IMG/VR virus record: IMGVR_UViG_3300024344_000047
Span: 1-38,435 of that record
Reading direction: 5' to 3' (one strand)
Length of the DNA stretch: 38,435 nt
Source: a virus
Position 1 is the first letter of the stretch. Each line of letters opens with the position of its first letter. The notes below the pieces were generated by a model. It was not told where the DNA came from, ran no database searches, and saw nothing but the letters and a program-made list of their open reading frames with translations. Of the stretch, positions 7,890 through 15,158 are shown one piece after another. The translations under genes were made by a program, and so were the position numbers.

Positions 7890-8601
7890 CGACCGCCGTA
7901 TATCAGTTGCTGTTCACGGCGGCTGGGGTACTGGTAAGAGTTGGTTCGCCGACACTTGCACGGAAATGGGCTTGACGCTCACACTCGACGCAGAGGGCGG
8001 GAGCAGGGACACCCCGTCCCTAAAGCTGCCTTGGTCACCCGCCAGCGGGGAAGACATCCCTACGGGGGGTAACGTTGTAGTTGACGTGACCTCGTGGTCG
8101 GAGATCGACAACGTCATGCGTGTACTCGTATCGGGTAACCACCCGTTCGAGAGCGTCGTGGTCGACTCGCTCACCGAGATACAGAAGCAGCTCAAGGACC
8201 GGCTATCTCAGGGACCCGATGCTCTGTTCGACCAGCAAGCGTGGGGCAAACTGCTCAACAACATGGAGTACCTGATACGCACCTTGCGGGACCTGACACG
8301 GCCCTCGGCCAAGCGTCAGATCCACGTGGTAGTGGTGACGGGCACCGATGATGAGATGATCCCCCGCAAGCCCATGTTTCAGGGCGGTCTGAGAAAGAGT
8401 TACGCCGGGTACTTTGACATGGTAGGTTTCATGTCCACCACGAAGAACGCTGACGGAGAGATCATCCGCCAGATGCAAATTCAACCCGATGACATTGCTG
8501 TTGCCAAGTGCCGCTTGCACAGTGTGTCAGTGGCCCATCCGATGGGCGTAATTTCACAACCAAATATGGGCGATATCGTCCGAGTAGTTAACAACAAGTA
8601 A
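7870..8601 (+). CDS. RecA-fold AAA ATPase, Sak4-like recombination protein
   Basis: The ATG at 7870 is preceded by agagaggaag. Walker A VHGGWGTGKS, Walker B-like VVVDSLTEIQ. It sits between the Cas4-like nuclease and the DUF669-like gene. Confidence 0.7.
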   Translation: MKTQKADDRRISVAVHGGWGTGKSWFADTCTEMGLTLTLDAEGGSRDTPSLKLPWSPASGEDIPTGGNVVVDVTSWSEIDNVMRVLVSGNHPFESVVVDSLTEIQKQLKDRLSQGPDALFDQQAWGKLLNNMEYLIRTLRDLTRPSAKRQIHVVVVTGTDDEMIPRKPMFQGGLRKSYAGYFDMVGFMSTTKNADGEIIRQMQIQPDDIAVAKCRLHSVSVAHPMGVISQPNMGDIVRVVNNK

Positions 8602-8609
8602 AGGGAACC

Positions 8610-9134
8610 ATGACCAACATTAAAGATCTGCTAAGCAAGGCGCAGGCCACGGGCATCTCCGAGGGGGGCGGGGGTGGACGCTTCACCCCTCCTGAGGGTG
8701 ACTACGTCGTCAAGGTCATCAAGACCAACCACGACGTTACCCTCAAGGGAGACCCGAAGATCGGCCTCCACCTCGAAGTGACCGATGACGGGGAGAATAC
8801 GGGTGCCAAGTGGTGGGACAACATCATCCTCGGCGGCTCGGACAAGGCCAACGCCTTGAACTTTGGCAAGCTCAAGGGCTTGGGGTGCGATGAAGAGATC
8901 GTGGAGAAGCTGGGCGACATTGCCAGCATTGCCACGTTCCTCGTGGACCGTGAAGCCAAGGCCAGCGTCAAGCACCGGTCCTATCAGGACAGGGAGGGGA
9001 ACACCCGCCAAGGCGTCAACACCTATTTCAGCCGAGACGTTGACTCTGTGGACCCAGCCGCTCGTGCAGGCGGCAGCTCCACACCCACACCAGCACCGGC
9101 GGCAGCGGATGAGGCAGCCGGGCGGGGCTGGTAG
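8610..9134 (+). CDS. DUF669-like protein (putative ssDNA-binding partner of the Sak4-like ATPase)
   Basis: PPEGDYVVKVIK ... GDPKIGLHLEV pattern, a low-complexity C-terminal tail, and synteny after the ATPase. Confidence 0.55.
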   Translation: MTNIKDLLSKAQATGISEGGGGGRFTPPEGDYVVKVIKTNHDVTLKGDPKIGLHLEVTDDGENTGAKWWDNIILGGSDKANALNFGKLKGLGCDEEIVEKLGDIASIATFLVDREAKASVKHRSYQDREGNTRQGVNTYFSRDVDSVDPAARAGGSSTPTPAPAAADEAAGRGW

Positions 9135-9171
9135 GAGGCAGGGCCTCAACTACTAGCGAGGCCCCTGCGGA

Positions 9172-9210
9172 GAGGCTCGGGGGTGGTTCCCCCGGGCCTC
9201 TTGTGGGTTT
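9172..9210 (+). terminator. Rho-independent-type terminator inside the plus arm
   Basis: Stem gaggctcggggg (9172-9183), loop tggtt, stem cccccgggcctc (9189-9200). The 12-bp stem has one G-T wobble and is followed by ttgtgggttt. Confidence 0.6.
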
Positions 9211-9234
9211 AGAAGTAAGCAACGAGGAGACAGT

Positions 9235-11727
9235 GTGAAGTACAGCGAAGAAGCCCTACAAGCCAGCCCGGCCGCTATCCGGCGAGGGCTGCCCATCCCG
9301 TACGTGATGGAGCAGAACGATCATTTCCCTCAGCGCCGGACGGGGGACCGGCTCCACTATGTAAGCCCCTTCCGTTCAGACAATGACCCGTCGCTCGACG
9401 TGTGGATGAAGAACGAAGAGTGGCGCTTCGGGGACTTTGGGGAAGGGTCGCAAGGTTCGGTCATTGACCTCGTCAAGCGATTCGATTCCTGCACTGACGG
9501 TGAAGCTATTAACAACTGCCGTAGGCTATTCGCTGACTTCGTAGAGTCTGATTGGGCCGGTCCGTCCTTGGCGGACGGCACCGCTAAGCTTGATCCCGAG
9601 GACCTGCGTCAGGTGCTACAGTCAGGCAACCGGGGTGCGGAGGAAGCAGCTAACTCTCTCCTCCTCACACTGCATGACTCCCACCCCGGTCTCGAATCTG
9701 TTACCGCTGAGTGGCTCGTGTCTCGCTGGGGCGTGCGGGCGCACAGTGAAGAGGGCGTGCTCATCCCCTACGTGGACACGGACGGACGCCCGGTAGGGGC
9801 CAAGCACCGCTACGGCAACGTAAAGCTCAACCTGCCCGGGTCGCAGCTTCCCCTCTACGGCATAGAGCACCTCACCGAGTTCGGGTCTCCTATCATCTTG
9901 TGCGAGGGGGAGACAGATGCGTGGGCCTTGGATCACCTGCTCGGTGACCAGTACCTCGTGCTGTCCTGCTCGGCCGGTCGGCGCCCCGAGAATCTAATCA
10001 AGCTGATGGACGAGAAGCTGTGGCGCACTACCGTGTACCTGTGCTTCGACGGTGATGACGCTGGACGCTCGTCATCTCGTAGGTGGGAGGCCGCACTGCG
10101 GGACAGGGGGGCGGACATCATGTACGTGCCCATGCCCGAGGGGGCGGACGTGTCGTCCCTGTCTCCCGACCGCATTAGCGCCCTACCGTACCGTGCCAAG
10201 CCCTTCCTGCAACCGCCGGACGACATCAAAGAGGCGAGGTTTCGGTACGTGCGACCGTCGCAGTCGGACAAGGGCAATGACCGGCAGCTATCCGACTGGT
10301 CGTTCACGGTCACCCGAGTGCTGACGGACGACAACGGGTCGTCAGCCTACGAGGGAGAGCTGCGCCCTCACCACCGGGTGGAAGTGCTGCGGCCGTCCGA
10401 TCTGTCGTCTAAGCGCAACCTCGTGTCGTGGTCCATGAAGCGAGGTGTGTCGTGGTTGGGGTCGGACACTGACGCTCAGGCCCTGCACAGCCTGCTAGCG
10501 CACGAGAGCATCGTCTCCCCCACCGGCCGGTTGACGGACGTGGTGGGCTTGCACGACGGGGACTACATCCTGCCTGACCTCAGCATAGGGCAGGACCGCT
10601 GGGTGTGGATGCCCCGCCCCGGGTCGCTGGAGTCTCTACCGGACCGGTTCGTCCTGAATCCGGCGGACCCGCTGGCCACCGTGGACGACCTGATGGACTC
10701 AGCATCTGCGGACGTGACGCACCCCCTGCTGGCATGGTTCGCCGCCGCCCCGCTGCGCCCGCTCTTTACCCGGTTTCCCACCCTGTCCATCTCGGGCGGG
10801 TCGGGGTCCGGTAAGACCACGCTGACAGAGCTATTCATGCACAGCTTTGGCGGGTCAGACCTCACGCTCAACCTCACCTCGACCACGCCTTATGCGGTGA
10901 CGGCGTTGATGTCCTCTACCAATGCCGTGCCCGTGTGGTTCGATGAGTACCGACCCGGTGCTAGACACGACGCCAAGCTCGTGCTGGACCAGTTGATCCG
11001 TGACGCCTACACGGGACAGCGGTCCGCCCGAGGGCAGGTCAAGGGCAACGACCTAGTGCTGGTAGAGACGCCCACGCTCGTGCCCCTCGTCGTGACAGGG
11101 GAGGACAGCTTCACGGAGACCAGCCACACGGACCGGATGGTGTCGCTTCGCCTCTCGAAGGCCACTAAGGGTCGGTTGATCCCGGAGAGCTACACGTCCG
11201 TGATGGCGGACTATCTCGGATGGTTGCACCGCACGGGGGCCACCACCTATGTACCGTTCTTGACGTATCGAGACGACCTAGCCCACCTCAACGACCGGCA
11301 GCGGGAAAACATCGCCGTGCTCGACTACGGGTGGAAGCTCCTTGGCGCCTATTTGCAGGACATTGAGCCAGAGCTAAGCTGGCCAGAGCCGGACTTCTCG
11401 ATGGTGACGAGCCAAGCTCAGGCGGCCGCTGAGGCCAACCCGACGTTGGACGCTGTAACTTGGGCGCTAGAGGCTGGCATCCACAACGCAGTATGGGAAC
11501 GCACCAGCGACGAAGGACATCATCAGGTGTTGATATCTCCCGTGGAGTTGCTGCGTGAAGTTCATCGGGCAGGGGTATTTACTTTGCCGTACTCCAACGC
11601 TAAGGGTATGGTGGCCCTACTCAAGGAACAGCACGACGCTGAGCTTGCCCGTGTGTGGAAGGTAGATGAGGACGGCAAGCGCCAAGTTCGTGTGGCCATA
11701 TTGACCAAGGAGGAAGTATATGATTGA
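9235..11727 (+). CDS. Bifunctional DnaG-like Toprim primase / P-loop helicase, 830 aa
   Basis: GTG start after gaggaga. Toprim motifs ILCEGETDAWAL and CFDGDDAGR. Walker A SGGSGSGKTT and Walker B-like VWFDEY in the C-terminal half. The N-terminal SPFRSDNDPSLDVW resembles a primase zinc-finger region without its Cys ligands. Confidence 0.8.
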   Translation: MKYSEEALQASPAAIRRGLPIPYVMEQNDHFPQRRTGDRLHYVSPFRSDNDPSLDVWMKNEEWRFGDFGEGSQGSVIDLVKRFDSCTDGEAINNCRRLFADFVESDWAGPSLADGTAKLDPEDLRQVLQSGNRGAEEAANSLLLTLHDSHPGLESVTAEWLVSRWGVRAHSEEGVLIPYVDTDGRPVGAKHRYGNVKLNLPGSQLPLYGIEHLTEFGSPIILCEGETDAWALDHLLGDQYLVLSCSAGRRPENLIKLMDEKLWRTTVYLCFDGDDAGRSSSRRWEAALRDRGADIMYVPMPEGADVSSLSPDRISALPYRAKPFLQPPDDIKEARFRYVRPSQSDKGNDRQLSDWSFTVTRVLTDDNGSSAYEGELRPHHRVEVLRPSDLSSKRNLVSWSMKRGVSWLGSDTDAQALHSLLAHESIVSPTGRLTDVVGLHDGDYILPDLSIGQDRWVWMPRPGSLESLPDRFVLNPADPLATVDDLMDSASADVTHPLLAWFAAAPLRPLFTRFPTLSISGGSGSGKTTLTELFMHSFGGSDLTLNLTSTTPYAVTALMSSTNAVPVWFDEYRPGARHDAKLVLDQLIRDAYTGQRSARGQVKGNDLVLVETPTLVPLVVTGEDSFTETSHTDRMVSLRLSKATKGRLIPESYTSVMADYLGWLHRTGATTYVPFLTYRDDLAHLNDRQRENIAVLDYGWKLLGAYLQDIEPELSWPEPDFSMVTSQAQAAAEANPTLDAVTWALEAGIHNAVWERTSDEGHHQVLISPVELLREVHRAGVFTLPYSNAKGMVALLKEQHDAELARVWKVDEDGKRQVRVAILTKEEVYD

Positions 11728-11941
11728 GTTCGGTGGTTCCTATTTCGAGATAGGGGCTGAGGGAGAGTGGAGAAAGAGGGGTCGAACGTCGGGTGATTGG
11801 TACGTGGCAGATGACGACGAGTCGGCCATGTTAGACGAGATTCTCCGGTGGGAGGAGCTACTGTCCAATACCTTGATGTTTCAAGCCCACTATGACCAAC
11901 ATCCTGACGTGCGGGGCGGAAGTGAGGAGTCAAGTATATGA
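11720..11941 (+). CDS. Hypothetical protein, 73 aa
   Basis: Overlaps both neighbours. No motif recognised. Confidence 0.45.
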   Translation: MIEFGGSYFEIGAEGEWRKRGRTSGDWYVADDDESAMLDEILRWEELLSNTLMFQAHYDQHPDVRGGSEESSI

Positions 11942-12129
11942 GGGATTACGTGCTGTTTGAATTAGACGCCATGGCCGAAGAGGGCCAGATGCACCGGGCC
12001 GTACCGGGAGGTGCCCACTGTCACATTTGTGCGATGAATAAACCGTGTGACGCTTTACTGAACGGAGAGGTGGCGGCGGAGGCGGCCGCCGAGATCCGCA
12101 GTCTGCGTGCTAAGGTTCAGTCGTGCTAA
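11938..12129 (+). CDS. Hypothetical protein, 63 aa
   Basis: ATGA overlap upstream. Contains HCHIC ... C. No family recognised. Confidence 0.45.
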   Translation: MRDYVLFELDAMAEEGQMHRAVPGGAHCHICAMNKPCDALLNGEVAAEAAAEIRSLRAKVQSC

Positions 12130-13022
12130 CAGAGCAGGAATGGAACGGGCTATTCACTCACCGGCGTCACGCTTGGGACCCTAGCGAGGTCAGGGCAGCG
12201 TCCACTCGCACGTGGGCGGACGGTATCAGTGTAGCTGAGTGGCATCACACGGGAGCACGAGGGCCTCGGTCCTTGTCACCCGCCGACAAGGCCAAGTGGT
12301 TGCTCTCTATTGAGCGGTACCACGAGATCACGAAGAAGTGGTCGGACATCTTCTACCATATATTCGTGTTCGCTGACGGCACTATCTACGAGGGGCGACA
12401 GCCCTTGCGCACGAGCCAAGGGGACATATCCGACGCCTTTACTATCCACATCCCGGGCAACGACACGGGTGTGACACCGCAACAGTTTGCTTCTCTCATG
12501 AAGGTGACGCACGCTATCACGGACGGTGACCCCACCAAGCTGCGAGACCACCAAGCCCGAGTGGGCAACAGCGGCACGTTCTGCTGCGGAGACAAGAACC
12601 GAGTAGCCCTCGAACGGGCCAAACAACTACTTCCAACCTACGGAGACATCATGCAACTATCAGATACCGCCAGCCTAGAGGTATGGGCACAGGCCGCTGT
12701 GCCCCGGTTCAGCAAGGTCGACAACGGGGATATTCCCGTACTCGACTCGATGGCCGCCCACCCCGCCACCTACGACAATCAGCTTCTGCTCACGGTACTG
12801 AGCCGAGTGGTCGACCTCATTCGTGAGGAGATTGCCGCTGTCGCCACTACTCCCGGCCCCCGAGGTAAGGCCGGTGCGCCGGGCAAGGCAGGAGCACCGG
12901 GCAAAGCGGGGGCACCCGCTGACATCTTGGCCATCGTGGAGCAGGTCACGGCCAACGTCAGAGCAGAGATTGACAACACCCCGTTCACCATTAACCACAC
13001 GGGCGTGATAGCCCTCGGCTAA
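12123..13022 (+). CDS. N-acetylmuramoyl-L-alanine amidase (PGRP/T7-lysozyme-like) endolysin with collagen-like triplets
   Basis: N-terminal half: AEWHHTGA (Zn His), IFYHIFVFADGTIYEGR, DHQARVGNSGTFCCGD (His...Cys). C-terminal half contains GPRGKAGAPGKAGAPGKAGAP. Confidence 0.75.
   Translation: MLTEQEWNGLFTHRRHAWDPSEVRAASTRTWADGISVAEWHHTGARGPRSLSPADKAKWLLSIERYHEITKKWSDIFYHIFVFADGTIYEGRQPLRTSQGDISDAFTIHIPGNDTGVTPQQFASLMKVTHAITDGDPTKLRDHQARVGNSGTFCCGDKNRVALERAKQLLPTYGDIMQLSDTASLEVWAQAAVPRFSKVDNGDIPVLDSMAAHPATYDNQLLLTVLSRVVDLIREEIAAVATTPGPRGKAGAPGKAGAPGKAGAPADILAIVEQVTANVRAEIDNTPFTINHTGVIALG
12855..12917 (+). repeat. Collagen-like Gly-X-Y run (7 triplets, including 3 x GKAGAP 15-nt units)
   Basis: ggc ccc cga ggt aag gcc ggt gcg ccg ggc aag gca gga gca ccg ggc aaa gcg ggg gca ccc, in frame with the amidase ORF. 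Confidence 0.85.
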
Positions 13023-13037
13023 GTTACATTGGGGGGC

Positions 13038-13310
13038 ATGATTGAATTTTTGCTCGCCAACTTTGAAGCCTTTGGCGGCAGTGGGCTCACTGCCGCCTTG
13101 GGCTATCTGCTCCTCAAACGAATCAAGTACCTACAGGAGGAGAACACTAGCCAGCACGAGCAGGGTAGGCAGGAGAGGGTCGCCTCGGAAGCTCGTGTGG
13201 GTAGTAAGATTGATAAGGTAGATGCCAGAGTAGGCGTACTACAAGACGTCCAGCACTTGCAGGGCGAAGACATTGCGTACATCCGAGGAAGGCAAGACGC
13301 CTCCTCGTAA
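13038..13310 (+). CDS. Membrane protein downstream of the amidase (holin/lysis-accessory candidate)
   Basis: ATG at 13038 after gggggg; the track ORF begins at TTG 13029. Hydrophobic N-terminal segment FGGSGLTAALGYLLL, then a charged, coiled-coil-like tail. Confidence 0.5.
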   Translation: MIEFLLANFEAFGGSGLTAALGYLLLKRIKYLQEENTSQHEQGRQERVASEARVGSKIDKVDARVGVLQDVQHLQGEDIAYIRGRQDASS

Positions 13311-13319
13311 GGAGGAACC

Positions 13320-14033
13320 GTGACACGGAAACGCAAGAACGATCCATCGAGGGTACTAATCATCGGGGACACTCACTGTCCCGTCATGCTAGACGGGTAC
13401 GTTGAGTTCCTACAGACGACGTACGACCGGTTCAACTGTGACCGGGTGGTACACATCGGGGACGTGGTGGATTGGGAGACCATCAGCTACCACCGAACCC
13501 CGCTCACCGGGTCCACGCCCAAGGAAGAGTACGCCGCCGCTAAGGAGCAGGTGGCCGAGCTGTACGCTGCCTTCCCGAAGGCCCAAGTAACTCTAGGGAA
13601 CCACGGGGCGCTACCGTGGCGCCGGGCCGAGGACGTGGGGATCACCCCCGAACTGTTGAAGACGCCCGAAGTCATGTGGGACACACCGGGCTGGGAGTGG
13701 CGCAAACGCTACGACGATCTAGAGATTGACGGTGTCTTGTACCGGCACGGTGACAAGGCCAAGGGTGGCCGCACAGCGGCCCTGAACAATGCGCTTGTGG
13801 AGTTCCGCTCGGTAGTTCAGGGACACCACCACAGCCAGCTAGGTGTTTGGTATCACGCCAACTCCAACATGAAAGTGTTTGGTTTACAGACGGGGTGCGG
13901 GGTAGACTCACACTCAGCGGCCATGGCCTACGGGCAAGTGTACGCTCAGAAGCCACTGATTGGTTGCGGCGTCGTCCTCGAAGGACAGGAAGCGTTCGCC
14001 ATCCCAATGAATCTAGGAAGCAGGTACCACTAA
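13320..14033 (+). CDS. Calcineurin-like metallophosphoesterase
   Basis: GTG after aaggagg. Motifs IIGDTHCP, HIGDVVD, LGNHG, RHGD, QGHHH. Confidence 0.85.
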   Translation: MTRKRKNDPSRVLIIGDTHCPVMLDGYVEFLQTTYDRFNCDRVVHIGDVVDWETISYHRTPLTGSTPKEEYAAAKEQVAELYAAFPKAQVTLGNHGALPWRRAEDVGITPELLKTPEVMWDTPGWEWRKRYDDLEIDGVLYRHGDKAKGGRTAALNNALVEFRSVVQGHHHSQLGVWYHANSNMKVFGLQTGCGVDSHSAAMAYGQVYAQKPLIGCGVVLEGQEAFAIPMNLGSRYH

Positions 14034-14335
14034 TGGACAGCACACAGCGCCGGGAGACCACCTTGGATCTTGCGAAGGTGGCGGTAGTCACTGACAGACT
14101 CCAAGAGTACGGTGAGCCAGAGGACAACTTCCTCGACACCGCAGAGCTGTGGAACGGGTACCTACGGTCCTTGTATGGAGACACCGCCCCTCTGCTGAAC
14201 GCCTTGGACATTGCCAACTTGATGATTCTCCTCAAGATGGCACGACTCAAGACATCTCCCAAGAAGCTAGACCACTATGTGGACATGGCAGGGTACGCAG
14301 CGTGCGGAGCTTCAGCGGCCCAAGCTGAAGCGTGA
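14033..14335 (+). CDS. Conserved phage protein (DUF6378-like), function unknown
   Basis: TAATG overlap at 14031-14035. Pattern YGEPEDNF ... A.LW..YL ... DIANLMILLKMARL ... DHYVDMAGYAA. Confidence 0.55.
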   Translation: MDSTQRRETTLDLAKVAVVTDRLQEYGEPEDNFLDTAELWNGYLRSLYGDTAPLLNALDIANLMILLKMARLKTSPKKLDHYVDMAGYAACGASAAQAEA

Positions 14336-14808
14336 CTTCCCTCCCTAACCGGTCAGGCCCGAAGGTAGTACTGGACCTGCCCGGTAAGTGGGACGAGTTC
14401 CTGAACCACATCCGGGGCGGTATGACCGGATACAAGGCCATGGAGCACATGGGACACTCGTGGCGCACGCTCAACCGGTACTTGAAGGACAACCCCGACA
14501 AGCGCCAAGAGTTTGTTGAGGTGAAGCGGACAGCCCGTGAAGAGCCAGCCATGCGGGTGCTCATGGACATCATGGAGAATGCGGAGGATGACGCCACCCG
14601 GGTGTCTGCCGCTGACAAGGTGTTGCGTCATTCTCTCAAGGACATGGAGCAAGTCATCAAGCACGACCACACCCTCACTGTAGGTATGGACCCCGAACAG
14701 ATAGCAGACATCCAAGCACTGCGAGACCTCGCTGCAAGCCGAGCCGCAGAGGAGCCACCACTCGACGTAGAGTCGTGGGAAACAACCCCAAACAAGGAGA
14801 TTATATGA
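14332..14808 (+). CDS. HTH protein resembling phage small terminase subunits
   Basis: GTGA overlap. GMTGYKAMEHMGHSWRTLNRYLKDNPDKRQEFVEVKRTARE, then DIMENAEDDATRVSAADKVLRHS. This matches the usual N-terminal HTH plus helical layout of TerS-like proteins. It could instead be a regulator. Confidence 0.45.
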   Translation: MTSLPNRSGPKVVLDLPGKWDEFLNHIRGGMTGYKAMEHMGHSWRTLNRYLKDNPDKRQEFVEVKRTAREEPAMRVLMDIMENAEDDATRVSAADKVLRHSLKDMEQVIKHDHTLTVGMDPEQIADIQALRDLAASRAAEEPPLDVESWETTPNKEII

Positions 14809-14981
14809 AACTAATGTTCCAGCGAGCCGGTTGGCGTGCTGTCGACGGCTTCCTAGCGGCCCTCGCTGCTGACTCTATTCTCAGTTTGGGAGTAACCGAG
14901 TGGAAGGTAGCCATCGTGGCCGCCTTCTCCGCCGGACTCAAGCCGATCACCGCCTACGTTGCACAGAAAGCAGGACGATGA
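14805..14981 (+). CDS. r1t-type holin-like small membrane protein, 58 aa
   Basis: ATGA overlap at 14805. WRAVDGFLAALAADSILSLGVTEWKVAIVAAFSAGLKPITAYVAQ matches the two-helix actinophage holin pattern. Confidence 0.55.
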   Translation: MKLMFQRAGWRAVDGFLAALAADSILSLGVTEWKVAIVAAFSAGLKPITAYVAQKAGR

Positions 14982-15106
14982 AAGAGGAAGGGGAGACCTA
15001 CACTCAAGGATCGTTCGACTGGGGCGATGAGGACTCGTGGGGAGAAGCGGACGAGCCGCTCACCTGCGGAGTTGAGAACCCGGAAGTCTGCGAGTCCTGT
15101 ACATAA
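14978..15106 (+). CDS. Small acidic Cys-containing peptide, 42 aa (MKEEGETYTQGSFDWGDEDSWGEADEPLTCGVENPEVCESCT)
   Basis: ATGA overlap at 14978. It is the last ORF of the plus arm before the terminator. C-x9-C-x2-C at the C-terminus. Confidence 0.4.
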   Translation: MKEEGETYTQGSFDWGDEDSWGEADEPLTCGVENPEVCESCT

Positions 15107-15129
15107 CAGGAGGTGCGCACATCTCTAAC

Positions 15130-15158
15130 GAAGCCCCGCCTCTGTGCGGGGCTTCTTT
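15130..15158. terminator. Bidirectional hairpin terminator at the convergence of the two arms
   Basis: Stem gaagccccgc (15130-15139), loop ctctgt, stem gcggggcttc (15146-15155): a perfect 10-bp stem followed by ttt. It lies between the plus-strand stop (15106) and the minus-strand stop (15157-15159). Confidence 0.8.
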
